Part shown: in pieces, positions 30,703 to 41,156 of the stretch
Layout of the letters: every line of letters starts with the position of its first letter
How positions within the stretch are numbered: position 1 is the first letter of the stretch
From: Candidatus Nomurabacteria bacterium GW2011_GWD2_36_14
GTDB taxonomy: Bacteria; Patescibacteriota; Minisyncoccia; Phycocordibacterales; UBA9973
Reading direction: 5' to 3'
DNA: 64,000 bases
Assembly: GCA_000991405.1 (NCBI GenBank)
Contig: LBRL01000001.1
Span: forward strand, 145,547 to 209,546
Position numbers and translations under genes: made by a program
The notes under the pieces: model-generated
Database searches by the model: none
The model's input: only the letters and a program-made list of their open reading frames with translations
Told to the model about the DNA's origin: nothing

Positions 30703-31761
30703 TTAACTTATAATCGAAATGATAACTCCGAGAATAGCTGTGATGATACTTACAATCCAGTAACGCATTGTGACTTTGTATTTAGGCCAGCCGAGAGCTT
30801 CAAAATGGTGGTGAAGTGGTGCAAAAAGGAAAACCTTCTTGCCATTGCGAAGTTTGCGGGAGCCTATCTGGATGACATTTGAAAGAGATGTAATGAAAAG
30901 TGGAAATGCAATTATAGGTAGTAGTAGAACTGTATGCGTTAGGAAAGCAATGACCGAGAGAGTTACAGTGAGCCCTATCATGCCCGTCTCTCCCATATAG
31001 AATCTGGCAGGAGGAATGTTGAACCAGAGGAATGCAAGTGTACCACCAGTAATAACAGCACAGAAGGTGGCTAGTTCAACTTGATTATTGAAAAATGCAA
31101 TAAGTGTATAAGCAGTAAATATAGAAGCTAGAACTCCACCAGAGAGTCCATCTACTCCATCTATAACACTAGATGACCACAAAGATATCATGACAAGAAT
31201 GAAGAATGGAATAAATAAATATCCAAGATTTACAAATCCATACCAAGGAATATAGATACTAGAATATCCAAGCTTCACATAAAACCACATACCGATGATA
31301 ATTCCTAGAGACAGTATAATTCCAATCTTGATGTACCTTAGTACCATGGGATCGGTCGTCCACTTTCCCTTTCCAAATATTTGCAGGAAGTCGTCTCCTA
31401 GTCCTATCAGTGAGGCCACTATTAAAGTGAAGAATGGCAGAAGCGTCTGACTACGACTGATAAAGTACATCTTGTTTGATAATTCACTTACAAATAAATA
31501 ATCCAGAAGACTTACGACCGCCAGCGTCAAGATAACTGAAATCCAGATAATCATACCACCAGTTCGAGGAGTAGAAACTTCAGCATTGTGATCGTGGATT
31601 TTATTGAAAACATTATTTGAATTTTCAGGTAGGTTGTTGTCTCTGGAAATTCTGCGCCACATTCTGTACTTGTAAAAGTAGTGTGTAGCTATAGGAGTCA
31701 GTATTATACCTACAATGAAGCTGATAACAGCCGGCAAGAAAATTTTGATAGCGTTAGTCAT
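30703..31761 (-). CDS. mraY: Phospho-N-acetylmuramoyl-pentapeptide transferase
   Basis: TPRTGG, GLGDD, DGVDGL, FNIPPARFYMGETG, APLHHHFE. Confidence 0.95.
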   Translation of the reverse strand: MTNAIKIFLPAVISFIVGIILTPIATHYFYKYRMWRRISRDNNLPENSNNVFNKIHDHNAEVSTPRTGGMIIWISVILTLAVVSLLDYLFVSELSNKMYFISRSQTLLPFFTLIVASLIGLGDDFLQIFGKGKWTTDPMVLRYIKIGIILSLGIIIGMWFYVKLGYSSIYIPWYGFVNLGYLFIPFFILVMISLWSSSVIDGVDGLSGGVLASIFTAYTLIAFFNNQVELATFCAVITGGTLAFLWFNIPPARFYMGETGMIGLTVTLSVIAFLTHTVLLLPIIAFPLFITSLSNVIQIGSRKLRNGKKVFLFAPLHHHFEALGWPKYKVTMRYWIVSIITAILGVIISIIS

Positions 31762-32302
31762 TGGTATTTTCGTTTTGATTTATAACACCTGATAAGGAAG
31801 CCACTACCTCTCTATAATTTGGAAGTTCTGTAATGGAAGTGACATTCATATAAGAGAGAGTTTCGAATGTAGGACGATAAAGTAATCTTCTACTGTCCTT
31901 ACTATCTACTACCTTCTCTATGAGTCCACGCACAAGTAAATTGCGAAGTATGAAGCTTGAATTCACTCCACGAATATAGTCGATCTCGCTTCGAGATACG
32001 CCATTTTTGTATAGAATGATAGACAGAGTCTCGAGAGTTGCCTTGGAAAGTTCCTTGGTAATTTCTTCTTTGCGGATTGATTCTATCAAGCTTGAAAGCT
32101 CGCCTGTAATACCTAGTACGACTCTATCATCCTTGCGTACAAGTACTAGTCCACGACCAGTCAGAGACTGCTCTAGCTTACCCAAGGCTTCATTTATTTC
32201 TTCTTCGCTCACATTCAGAAGTTCTGCCAACTTCTTGATAGAGACATCTTCCCCTTTATAGAAAAGCAAACCTTCAATTTTTGATTCTAAATTAATTTCC
32301 AT
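31754..32302 (-). CDS. scpB: SMC-Scp complex subunit ScpB
   Basis: LSKATLETLSII, SRSEIDYIRGVNS. Confidence 0.95.
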   Translation of the reverse strand: MEINLESKIEGLLFYKGEDVSIKKLAELLNVSEEEINEALGKLEQSLTGRGLVLVRKDDRVVLGITGELSSLIESIRKEEITKELSKATLETLSIILYKNGVSRSEIDYIRGVNSSFILRNLLVRGLIEKVVDSKDSRRLLYRPTFETLSYMNVTSITELPNYREVVASLSGVINQNENTND

Positions 32303-33053
32303 AATTTTCTTGTTTATTTATATTAATATCACCATAAGTTGCATTCTGTATTACATCTATCAATCCTTCTCTTACCAATTCTAACATAGCGAGAAAAGAA
32401 ACGATAACGTGCACCTTGGCCTCCTCAGCATCTCCTGCCCCATGACTTTTAGAAAATTCTCGGAATGAAAGGTTCATGGCTGTCTGTATGCGACTCGTCA
32501 GACTATTGATAACTTCATCGATATTTATAATCTTCTTCACTTCAACTTCTGGCAACTTGGCCTCTTTCTTGGGAACTTCTGCGAGGACGTCTGCTATGGA
32601 CTTGGCAATGTTGGCTACTGTGATAAGTGGATCTGGAGCAAATATTGGCTCACTCCAGATACGATCAGTAGGTGTAAATATAATCTTTGCTCCGAAATTT
32701 GCCTTAATATCAATTCCAGCATTTTTGATAATCTGGTAAAGTCGTAGTCTTGCCTCAAGATCTACTATCTTTTCATTTTCATCTTCAGTCAAAGCCAGAT
32801 TGGGAAGTAAAGACTTAGACTTGATCAATATCAAAGTTGCCGCTATTAGTACAAAGTATGATACATCATTTATGTTTCTACTTTCTTCACTTAAAGACTT
32901 CACATAAGCTATGTAGTCGTTGGTCACATCTCCCAGTGATATTTCATTCACAAAAAGCTTCCGAGCCTCTATAAGCGAAAGCAATACATCAAGTGGCCCC
33001 TCAAAGGTCCCCGCCCGAACTTTATAGGTAGATGTGATACCTTCCGTCTCCAT
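32292..33053 (-). CDS. scpA: Segregation and condensation protein A
   Basis: FEGPLDVLL, AATLILIKSKSLLP, SFLAMLEL. Confidence 0.95.
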   Translation of the reverse strand: METEGITSTYKVRAGTFEGPLDVLLSLIEARKLFVNEISLGDVTNDYIAYVKSLSEESRNINDVSYFVLIAATLILIKSKSLLPNLALTEDENEKIVDLEARLRLYQIIKNAGIDIKANFGAKIIFTPTDRIWSEPIFAPDPLITVANIAKSIADVLAEVPKKEAKLPEVEVKKIINIDEVINSLTSRIQTAMNLSFREFSKSHGAGDAEEAKVHVIVSFLAMLELVREGLIDVIQNATYGDININKQENYGN

Positions 33054-33054
33054 A

Positions 33055-34470
33055 TTACTTTTTAATTATATTGATACCAAGTTCTTTAAGTTGCTTTTCT
33101 GATACAACAGATGGTGATTCCATCATTAAATCTTTGCCTTCTCCTGTTTTAGGGAAAGCAATAACTTCACGAATATTTGGTTCATTTTCAAGAAGCATTA
33201 TAAGTCTATCGAACCCCCAAGCTATACCACCATGAGGAGGTGTACCTGTTTGGAAAGCATTCAACATATGACCAAAATTCCTATCAATATCTTCATCTTT
33301 ATGACCAATAATATTTAAGACCTTGCGCAAAGTTTCTGCTTCATGAGCTCTTATACTTCCACCGCCGATTTCATAACCATTCAAGGTTATGTCGTACTGA
33401 GTCGTAAGAATATCTCCCAACTTTTCCCCTTCTAAAAGCCACTGTTTGTGATCCTTAATTGGTTCAGAAAATGGATTGTGAGTAAACGTCCATTCTCCTT
33501 CTGTGTTTGGATTATCAGACTTATCAGTTCTTTCAAAAAATGGAAAATCTACAACCCAACAAAAAGCAAGCAAATCTGGATCATTTTTATCATTACGTAT
33601 ATCTGGACGATCATTGCCATACTTTTCTATTGCATCTTTATATGAAATTCTAGGAAAAGGAATTTCTTGAATTTTTTTATGTGGATATAAATTGGAGACT
33701 AACTCAATTAAAAGTTTCTCATTCACAGCCATTACATCTTCTTTCTTTACAAAACTCATTTCCATATCGAGTTGAGTAAATTCAGGCTGTCTGTCACCTC
33801 GAGTATCTTCATCTCTCATACATCTAGCAATTTGGAAATATTTTTCCATTCCTGATGCCATAAGTAATTGCTTGTATTGTTGAGGAGATTGTGGAAGTGC
33901 GTAAAATGTACCCTTATAAAGTCTTGAAGGTACAATATAATCTCTGGCTCCTTCTGGAGTAGACTTGGTTAATATTGGAGTCTCTATTTCTATGAAATTT
34001 TCTTTATCCAAAAAGTCACGAACAAATTTTGCTATTTTGTGACGGTTACGAATATTCTTTTGCATTCTAGGTCTTCTTAGATCTAAGTAACGATAAGTAA
34101 GTCTAGATTCTTCATTAATTTCTTTCCCATCAGAAGTTACATCGAAATTAGGAGTCTTAGCTTTATTTAAGATCTCAATATCTGTTATTTCAAGTTCAAT
34201 ATCACCATTTAGAACTCCTTCTTTTATATTTCTCTCAGGGCGTTTATTCACTATGCCAGTTATAGAAAGTACCCACTCTGTACGCACTTCTTTGACTTGC
34301 TCCATGGCTTCTACATGGTTAGGCAAGACTACGCATTGTACCTTTCCAGTCATATCTCTCATGTCCATGAATACCATCTTCCCTTGATCGCGACGTACAT
34401 CTACCCAGCCAGAAATGGAGACAGTGGAACCGATAAAATCTTTTAAATCTTTAATATAAGTACGTTGCAT
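33055..34470 (-). CDS. aspS: Aspartate--tRNA ligase (short, no GAD insertion)
   Basis: YRYLDLRR, STPEGARDY, LPQSPQQYKQLLM, DRQPEFTQLD, PPHGGIAWGFDR. Confidence 0.95.
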   Translation of the reverse strand: MQRTYIKDLKDFIGSTVSISGWVDVRRDQGKMVFMDMRDMTGKVQCVVLPNHVEAMEQVKEVRTEWVLSITGIVNKRPERNIKEGVLNGDIELEITDIEILNKAKTPNFDVTSDGKEINEESRLTYRYLDLRRPRMQKNIRNRHKIAKFVRDFLDKENFIEIETPILTKSTPEGARDYIVPSRLYKGTFYALPQSPQQYKQLLMASGMEKYFQIARCMRDEDTRGDRQPEFTQLDMEMSFVKKEDVMAVNEKLLIELVSNLYPHKKIQEIPFPRISYKDAIEKYGNDRPDIRNDKNDPDLLAFCWVVDFPFFERTDKSDNPNTEGEWTFTHNPFSEPIKDHKQWLLEGEKLGDILTTQYDITLNGYEIGGGSIRAHEAETLRKVLNIIGHKDEDIDRNFGHMLNAFQTGTPPHGGIAWGFDRLIMLLENEPNIREVIAFPKTGEGKDLMMESPSVVSEKQLKELGINIIKK

Positions 34471-34505
34471 ATGTTTAAATAAGTGATAATTTGATAATAA
34501 AATAA

Positions 34506-34721
34506 TTAATGTATATCCCTAGCTATGATGAATTCATACGGCACAGAAATGATGAAAGTGATGGCTACGATAATCCAGTAGAATGGAGTGAATAGATACC
34601 AGATGATTATATCCTTCTTCTTTTCTGCAAAGTACCATTTCTGGACTTTTGTATGGACAATATTCACCGGCCAATAAATAATACCGAACGCTATTGTAAA
34701 TAAAATTCTGATATATTTCAT
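34506..34721 (-). CDS. Small aromatic-rich membrane protein
   Basis: 71 aa, two hydrophobic segments, ATGA overlap with the trpS stop. Confidence 0.6.
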   Translation of the reverse strand: MKYIRILFTIAFGIIYWPVNIVHTKVQKWYFAEKKKDIIIWYLFTPFYWIIVAITFIISVPYEFIIARDIH

Positions 34722-35689
34722 AAATTTACTCCTACATTATTTCTAATAAGTTGCATTTTTGCATTAATATTATTTTTAGCTTTTTCGCCTCCCTCTTTCA
34801 AAATACTTTTAACTTCATCTATATTTTTCTCATAATATTCTCTATTTTCACGCATAGGTTTTATAAAAGAAACAATTTCTTCATAAAGCATATCTTTAGA
34901 TTCTTTGTATCCTAGTCCACCATCTTTATATCTTTTCTTCAAGTTTTCAAGTTCTTCTCCTTTCAAGAAAAGTTTATGAAGAGCGAAGATGTTGCACTCT
35001 TCGGGATTCTTAGGTTCAGATGGACTCTTCGAATCTGTTACTATACTCATGACAGCTTTTCTGATTTGCTCGTCTGTACCGAAAAGTGGAATTATGTTGC
35101 CATAGCTTTTACTCATCTTCCGACCATCTGTCCCTGGTACGATAGCAACTTCTTTCATTATTACAGGTTCTGGAAGTTTAAAAGTCTCTCCATAAATATT
35201 GTTAAACTTTATTGCTGTATCACGAGCATATTCTATGTGTTGCTTTTGATCTGAACCCACAGGTACAACGTCGGCATCTTGTATTAAAATATCGGCAGAC
35301 ATAAGGATAGGATAGTCGAAAAGTCCAACGTTTACTTCTTTGGCTTTCATTCCTGCATCTTTATATGCAGTAGCACGCTCTAGGTATGGCATTGTGGTAA
35401 TGCAATTAAAGTACCAAGCAAGCTCTGCTACTTCAGGAATATCTGATTGTTTGAAAAGGCATACTTTCTTTGGATCAAGTCCGCAAGCCAGGTAATCCAT
35501 AGCCACACTTAATATATTGGACGATAAAGTACTCTTGTTTTGTACTGTCGTGATGGCGTGCAGGTCTGCTATAAAGATAGAGGAATCGTACTGATCTTGA
35601 AAGTCGACAAACTGCTTGATAGCTCCAAAATAGTTACCAATATGTATAGTTCCTGATGGCTGTATGCCAGATAATAAACGTTTTTTCAT
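34718..35689 (-). CDS. trpS: Tryptophan--tRNA ligase
   Basis: SGIQPSG..HIGNY, YPILMSADIL, VPVGSDQ, KMSKS. Confidence 0.98.
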   Translation of the reverse strand: MKKRLLSGIQPSGTIHIGNYFGAIKQFVDFQDQYDSSIFIADLHAITTVQNKSTLSSNILSVAMDYLACGLDPKKVCLFKQSDIPEVAELAWYFNCITTMPYLERATAYKDAGMKAKEVNVGLFDYPILMSADILIQDADVVPVGSDQKQHIEYARDTAIKFNNIYGETFKLPEPVIMKEVAIVPGTDGRKMSKSYGNIIPLFGTDEQIRKAVMSIVTDSKSPSEPKNPEECNIFALHKLFLKGEELENLKKRYKDGGLGYKESKDMLYEEIVSFIKPMRENREYYEKNIDEVKSILKEGGEKAKNNINAKMQLIRNNVGVNL

Positions 35690-35794
35690 ATACCCTATAT
35701 AATATCAAAAATATGAAAGTTTTGCACATATTAGTAACACACTTATCCTGAAAAGTAATTTGGTACTATCAATCCGAACTGATACAATGACAAA

Positions 35795-37189
35795 ATGGCA
35801 TCAAACAATAAATCAAACATCCGTATCCCTCCACAAAGTATCGATGGAGAAAAGGCCGTCTTGGGTTCTATAATGCTCCGCCCATCTGCAATACATGAAA
35901 TCAACGATATAGTAAATGAAAGCTCTTTCTACGTCGCCAAGCATGCCAATATTTACAAAATAATGCTGGAGCTTTCTAGTAAAGGCGACCCTATTGACCT
36001 CCTAACAGTCTCCCAGAAATTAAAAGAGAAAGGAATGCTAGACTCTGTAGGTGGCAACAGCTACCTGACTGAGCTTAGCAACTCTGTCCCCGCTTCGACC
36101 AATATTAAATATTATGCAGACATAGTCTCTCAGAAGCATCTATTGAGGAAAATAGTTGATGCTGGTTCTGATATATCTGAAATGGGATTCAAAGAAGAAG
36201 TAGAAAATGTATTTGAAGTTCTAGATCAGGCCGAGAAGAGAATGATGGGTATCAACAACAATATGTCCGGACACGCCTTCGCCTCTTTGAAGGATAGCTT
36301 GCCTGAAGCGTGGGAGCGCTTGGAGAAGCTTCATGAGAGTAAGGGGGAGCTTCGTGGAGTACCGACAGGCTTTCATGATCTTGATCAATACCTTTCTGGA
36401 CTTCAGAAGTCCGACCTTATCATCCTTGCTGCTCGTCCTTCTATGGGTAAAACGACCTTAGCTCTCGACATCGCTCGCCAAGCTGCTATGAATCACGGCA
36501 CACCTACTGTCATCTTCTCGCTTGAAATGAGTACTCAGCAACTCGTCGACAGAATGCTAGCCGCTCAGTCACGCGTTAATGCTTGGAATCTACGTACTGG
36601 TAACCTTACAGCTGAAAGTGAGTTTGCTAAAATCCGCGACTCTCTCGATAGTTTATCGAAGGCTCCTATCTTCGTAGACGACATGGCTGGTAACTCTATT
36701 GTTCGTATGCGTTCCGTCTGTCGTCGTATCAGAGCTGAGCATGGTATAGGACTTATCATAGTCGACTACTTACAGCTGATGTCGACTTCAAAGAATTACG
36801 ACAACATGGTGAACCAAGTTACAGAGATATCTCGTTCGCTCAAATCACTTGCGAAAGAATTTGACGTACCAGTCCTTGCGCTCTCACAGCTTTCTCGTGC
36901 TGTGGAGTCTCGTGGAGGACGTCCTCGCCTTTCTGACCTTCGTGATTCAGGATCCATTGAGCAGGATGCCGACATCGTGATGTTCATACATAGAGAAGAT
37001 AAAGGTAAAGATGAAAGTGAGAAGACAAACATCGCCGAAATACTTATCGAGAAGCACCGTAATGGACCAGTCGGTAAGGTTGACCTTTACTTCGATGAGA
37101 AGACAACAACTTTCGTATCTATTGATAAAACGGGTGGACATCAATTTGCTCCATCTGGTAACACAGGTGGTGGAATGGATCAATTTTAG
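35795..37189 (+). CDS. dnaB: Replicative DNA helicase
   Basis: AARPSMGKT, VDYLQL, LSQLSR, DLRDSGSIEQDAD, KHRNG; no intein. Confidence 0.98.
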   Translation: MASNNKSNIRIPPQSIDGEKAVLGSIMLRPSAIHEINDIVNESSFYVAKHANIYKIMLELSSKGDPIDLLTVSQKLKEKGMLDSVGGNSYLTELSNSVPASTNIKYYADIVSQKHLLRKIVDAGSDISEMGFKEEVENVFEVLDQAEKRMMGINNNMSGHAFASLKDSLPEAWERLEKLHESKGELRGVPTGFHDLDQYLSGLQKSDLIILAARPSMGKTTLALDIARQAAMNHGTPTVIFSLEMSTQQLVDRMLAAQSRVNAWNLRTGNLTAESEFAKIRDSLDSLSKAPIFVDDMAGNSIVRMRSVCRRIRAEHGIGLIIVDYLQLMSTSKNYDNMVNQVTEISRSLKSLAKEFDVPVLALSQLSRAVESRGGRPRLSDLRDSGSIEQDADIVMFIHREDKGKDESEKTNIAEILIEKHRNGPVGKVDLYFDEKTTTFVSIDKTGGHQFAPSGNTGGGMDQF

Positions 37190-37290
37190 TCCCGTACGAA
37201 ATTTACGTGATATTAAAATAAATAATAAATATATTAAACAATAATTAATAATAAAATAAAAAGAAAAAATAATTTTTATTTTGTACGGGA
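37190..37290. repeat. 13-bp inverted repeat bounding the dnaB-recR spacer
   Basis: TCCCGTACGAAAT (37190..37202) / ATTTTGTACGGGA (37278..37290), 12 of 13 complementary. Confidence 0.7.
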
Positions 37291-37904
37291 TGAATCCAAT
37301 AGAAAAACTTACAGAATATTTTAAGGAATTCCCAGGGATTGGCGAAAGGCAAGCCAAGCGTTTTGTGTATTTTCTGCTTCACAAGAATCCCACTTATGTG
37401 AAAGAGCTTGGAGACAAAGTTCTTGACTTGAAGAATACTATTCACCAGTGCCCATCATGCTTCCTATTCTTCCAATCCACGCAAGACCAACTTTGCGACG
37501 TATGTAGCAATCCAAAGACTGACAAGTCTTCCCTTCTAATAGTTGAGAAAGATGCAGATTATGAGAATATAAAAAGAAGTAAAAATTATAGTGGTATGTA
37601 CTTTATACTTGGCGGACTTGTACCAATAGTTACAAAGGATACTCCAACTTTCGTCCGCACGAAGGAATTACTTCGAAATATTGAGAAGCAAGCCAAAGAC
37701 CACAGTCTCAAAGAAGTTATCCTTGCCCTCTCTCTCAACCCTCAAGGTGAACACACTGACATGTACTTACGCGAAATACTCGACACACTAGAGAAAACTT
37801 ACAAATTCAAAATAGTCTCCCTCGGCCGTGGCCTTTCCACCGGCACCGAACTCGAATACTCCGACTCCGAAACAATCAAAAATGCATTAAGAAATAGAGC
37901 ATAA
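37290..37904 (+). CDS. recR: Recombination protein RecR
   Basis: FPGIGERQAKR, CPSC..CDVC zinc finger, Toprim region, ELEYSD. Start moved to ATG 37290. Confidence 0.95.
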   Translation: MNPIEKLTEYFKEFPGIGERQAKRFVYFLLHKNPTYVKELGDKVLDLKNTIHQCPSCFLFFQSTQDQLCDVCSNPKTDKSSLLIVEKDADYENIKRSKNYSGMYFILGGLVPIVTKDTPTFVRTKELLRNIEKQAKDHSLKEVILALSLNPQGEHTDMYLREILDTLEKTYKFKIVSLGRGLSTGTELEYSDSETIKNALRNRA

Positions 37905-37939
37905 AAAAATCACCGACTTGATGTTTCGGTGATTTTTTA
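37902..37939. terminator. Bidirectional terminator-like hairpin
   Basis: TAAAAAAATCACCGA...TCGGTGATTTTTTA between convergent genes. Confidence 0.7.
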
Positions 37940-37958
37940 GTTAATAAAAAAGGTTCAT

Positions 37959-38546
37959 TTAATAGAAAATTTTAGCGAGTCTACCAGACTTCTTGGCATC
38001 TTCAGTGATCTCTTTTGTAGAAATTTTTAGTTCTGGTGGAATAAGCATTGTATCCAATTCTTCTATTTGCTTTTTTATCTCTTCAATTGAAGAACCAGAT
38101 ATTTTTGATAGCTCCTCCATAAAGACATTTATGTCTCCAATATTCCCAAAAGCACTGATTTCATCTGCATCATCAATAACAGCAATAAGTCTAAGGGATG
38201 TAAATTGTTCCCCTTGTCCGCCATATTCACAAACATCAACTTCTTCTTGAAAAATAAGACGCATAAAATCAGAATAGAAATCAATCCTTTCAAAAGTGTG
38301 AAATGAAAAATGCTCTTCACCTTCCCATGAATAGAAAGTTAAAAGTTTCGTTCCTTTTTCCAGAGAAAGAATTTCTTTTAGATGTAAAGGATCTTTGTAG
38401 TCTAAATACCTTACATCTGTATGATTTTCATAAGGACAACTACACTCATCCCTGTAACCGCCAATACGCCATTCACTACCATCTTTTTCAAATGGCTGAT
38501 GCCAAACCTTGAAGGGTAAACATCTATAAATTCTAAATTTCTTCAT
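37959..38546 (-). CDS. Hypothetical protein
   Basis: 195-aa ORF filling the interval; no recognised motif. Confidence 0.6.
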   Translation of the reverse strand: MKKFRIYRCLPFKVWHQPFEKDGSEWRIGGYRDECSCPYENHTDVRYLDYKDPLHLKEILSLEKGTKLLTFYSWEGEEHFSFHTFERIDFYSDFMRLIFQEEVDVCEYGGQGEQFTSLRLIAVIDDADEISAFGNIGDINVFMEELSKISGSSIEEIKKQIEELDTMLIPPELKISTKEITEDAKKSGRLAKIFY

Positions 38547-38628
38547 AACTTATAACATTTAGTTTTTGATTAAAAAAACAATTTTTTCTTCCACATTACA
38601 ACTTATGGATATATTAGTCAAATACAGA

Positions 38629-38659
38629 ACCAGCCCCGAAGCAAAGCTTCGGGGCTGGT
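38629..38659. terminator. Terminator hairpin after rplU
   Basis: ACCAGCCCCGAAGC-aaa-GCTTCGGGGCTGGT. Confidence 0.7.
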
Positions 38660-38675
38660 GGTTTTTTAACGAGTA

Positions 38676-39038
38676 TTATTTGATTGCGGAGATTTTGACT
38701 TCCATGAATGGTTGGCGGTGACCGTTCTTCTTCAAGTATCGGCTTTTTTGGAGGTATTTAACTACTTTGACTGTTTTGTGTTTACCAAGCTTAACGAAGA
38801 GGGACTCTACTGTAGCTCCTTTAATATAAGGGCTTCCGATAGTGGTATCTACGCCGTTGTCTACTAGAAGGACTTTATCAAAAGTTATTTTGTCTCCAAT
38901 TGCGAATTCTCCATCAAGCTTTTCAACCTTTAGGATGTCCCCAACTGCGACTTTGTACTGCTTGCCACCAGTAAGAATAACTGCAAATTCCTTGCTTTCT
39001 GCCTTCTTTTCTTTGATTGTTTTTTTAACTGTAGCCAT
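38676..39038 (-). CDS. rplU: 50S ribosomal protein L21
   Basis: AVILTGGKQYKV, GHRQPF. Confidence 0.97.
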   Translation of the reverse strand: MATVKKTIKEKKAESKEFAVILTGGKQYKVAVGDILKVEKLDGEFAIGDKITFDKVLLVDNGVDTTIGSPYIKGATVESLFVKLGKHKTVKVVKYLQKSRYLKKNGHRQPFMEVKISAIK

Positions 39039-39143
39039 AATATTTATGTGTTATAGAAAGCCTTTAAATACATAGGTTTTCCACAGGACTCATAATACAC
39101 AAAAATTTTGAAAAAAGCAATAGGGGCTGTATACTAGAAGAAT

Positions 39144-39638
39144 ATGATTTCAAAATACAACCATAAAGAGCTCAATTGGATTGATTTGGAATCACCAAGG
39201 GAAGAAGAGATCGAGCACGCCTTTGGAGAGTACCCTATACCAAGTATTATAAAAGATAGAATCACCAGCAGTAGACGAGAGGACTTTGTGGATATCAATT
39301 ACGACTATATTTATATATCAGTTGCGGGCAAGCTAGTCTTCTTTGTAAATGACAACTTTTTCCTTTCTATTCACAACGAACCCATGCAAGCATTCAGCGA
39401 ATTCTCCAACGAAGTTGAGCTTGATGTGGTAGGGGGAGAAAAGATAAATAGCCACAGATTACTCCTAGCTTACTTAATCAAGAACATTCATTTGAATAAT
39501 CACAAAGATTTAATATCGAAGGTAAATGAAGTCCAGAATCTAAAAGAAGCCTTAAATAAAAACAAAAGAAAGATTAAAAGGCAAACAATCATTATCATTT
39601 CATTAATAATACTACTCATTATATTCATATGGCTTTAA
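39144..39638 (+). CDS. Truncated CorA-like protein with single C-terminal TM helix
   Basis: N-terminal [10 protein letters not shown] resembles the CorA soluble domain; only 164 aa and no GMN motif. Confidence 0.55.
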   Translation: MISKYNHKELNWIDLESPREEEIEHAFGEYPIPSIIKDRITSSRREDFVDINYDYIYISVAGKLVFFVNDNFFLSIHNEPMQAFSEFSNEVELDVVGGEKINSHRLLLAYLIKNIHLNNHKDLISKVNEVQNLKEALNKNKRKIKRQTIIIISLIILLIIFIWL

Positions 39639-41011
39639 AATTATACAACACACTATCCAGAGAGAAAGAAGAATTCAAGCCAATATCAGGTATGGATGTA
39701 GGCTTGTATACTTGCGGGCCTACGGTCTACAACTATGCCCACATAGGCAATATGCGTACTTATGTATTTGAAGATGTGTTGAAGAGAGTGCTAGCTTACA
39801 ATGACTACAAAGTGAAGCATGTCATGAACATTACCGACGTCGGGCACCTAACTGGTGACCGAGACATGGGCGAAGACAAAATAGAGAAGGAATCCAAAAA
39901 GGAGAACAAGTCAGCTTGGCAGATAGCGGAATTCTATACGGAAGGATTCAAAGAAGATTTGCTAAACTTGAATATCATTTTCCCTGACATATTCTGTAAA
40001 GCAACAGAGAACATAGATGAGCAAATAGAAATGATAGAAGTATTAGAAAAGAAAGGTTTTACTTATAAAACAAGTGATGGAATATATTTTGATACAGGGA
40101 AAGTGAAGGATTATACCAAGCTTTCTCATCAGAAGTTGGAAGACCTAAAAGAAGGCGCACGGGTGGAAGTAAACGACGAGAAGAGGAACGCTACAGATTT
40201 CGCTCTTTGGAAATTCTCACCAAAGGATACCAAAAGGCAAATGGAGTGGGAGAGTCCTTGGGGTGTCGGTTTCCCCGGCTGGCACATAGAATGCTCGGCT
40301 ATGAGTGTGAAGTACTTGGGAGAACATTTCGATATTCATGCAGGAGGAGTAGATCATATAAGTATTCACCATACCAACGAGCTTGCCCAAACAGAAAGTG
40401 CTACTGGCAAGGAGCCTTGGGTCAACTACTGGATTCACGGAGAATTTATGAATATCAAGGATGGCGAGAAAATGGCCAAGAGTACTGGCAATTTCCTCAC
40501 TCTCAAAAGTGAATTCTTAGATAAAGATATTAGTCCTCTTGTGTACCGTTTCGCTACGTTTGGAGTGCACTATAGAAAGCAAATGGAATGGAATAGTGAG
40601 ATAGTAGTGCAAGCAGAAACAAGTTACAACAATCTTTTAAATAAGGTGAAAGCTTTAGGTAAGGATGTAGGTTTTGTAAATATGGAGTTAAAAGAGAGAT
40701 TCCTAGATAGTATCAACGATGACTTGAATATGCCGAAGGCTCTAGCTGTCCTCAATGAAGTATTCAAGTACGGCATTTCCAATGCAGACAAACTTGCCAC
40801 CATCCTCGACTTTGATAAAGTCTTGGGGCTTGGTTTGAGTAATATAAAGGAAGAAGTAATACCAAATGAAGTTAAAAACTTAGCCGAAGAGCGACTCCTC
40901 GCCCGCAATCAGAAAGACTGGCAAAAGAGCGACGAGCTAAGAGACCAAATAAAAAAAATGGGCTATGAAGTAAAAGATGTAGAAGGAGGATATGAAATAA
41001 GTAAAATGTAG
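39629..41011 (+). CDS. cysS: Cysteine--tRNA ligase
   Basis: [31 protein letters not shown]. Confidence 0.98.
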   Translation: MALKLYNTLSREKEEFKPISGMDVGLYTCGPTVYNYAHIGNMRTYVFEDVLKRVLAYNDYKVKHVMNITDVGHLTGDRDMGEDKIEKESKKENKSAWQIAEFYTEGFKEDLLNLNIIFPDIFCKATENIDEQIEMIEVLEKKGFTYKTSDGIYFDTGKVKDYTKLSHQKLEDLKEGARVEVNDEKRNATDFALWKFSPKDTKRQMEWESPWGVGFPGWHIECSAMSVKYLGEHFDIHAGGVDHISIHHTNELAQTESATGKEPWVNYWIHGEFMNIKDGEKMAKSTGNFLTLKSEFLDKDISPLVYRFATFGVHYRKQMEWNSEIVVQAETSYNNLLNKVKALGKDVGFVNMELKERFLDSINDDLNMPKALAVLNEVFKYGISNADKLATILDFDKVLGLGLSNIKEEVIPNEVKNLAEERLLARNQKDWQKSDELRDQIKKMGYEVKDVEGGYEISKM

Positions 41012-41020
41012 CATGAATAA

Positions 41021-41057
41021 ATTAAAATGCACTAGGTCTTGCCTAGTGCATTTTAAT
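41021..41057. terminator. Terminator hairpin after cysS (AGG-N5-CCT family)
   Basis: ATTAAAATGCACTAGG-tcttg-CCTAGTGCATTTTAAT. Confidence 0.75.
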
Positions 41058-41061
41058 GGTA

Positions 41062-41090
41062 TTGCAATAAAGATATTTATATTTTATAAT
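41062..41090 (+). promoter_or_regulatory. Sigma70-type promoter of trp leader
   Basis: TTGCAA-17 nt-TATAAT, 6 nt before the leader ATG. Confidence 0.8.
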
Positions 41091-41096
41091 CAAAAT

Positions 41097-41156
41097 ATGG
41101 TTAAACAAGCAAATTATACCAATATAGCATGGTGGACAGCTCACATAAGTGGGTAA
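41097..41156 (+). CDS. trpL: Tryptophan attenuator leader peptide
   Basis: MVKQANYTNIAWWTAHISG with tandem TGG TGG at 41130..41135, upstream of trpB. Confidence 0.85.
   Translation: MVKQANYTNIAWWTAHISG

Noticed and set aside
33055-34470. aspS as a truncated pseudogene
   Set aside because: All three class II motifs and the anticodon domain are intact; only the dispensable insertion domain is missing.
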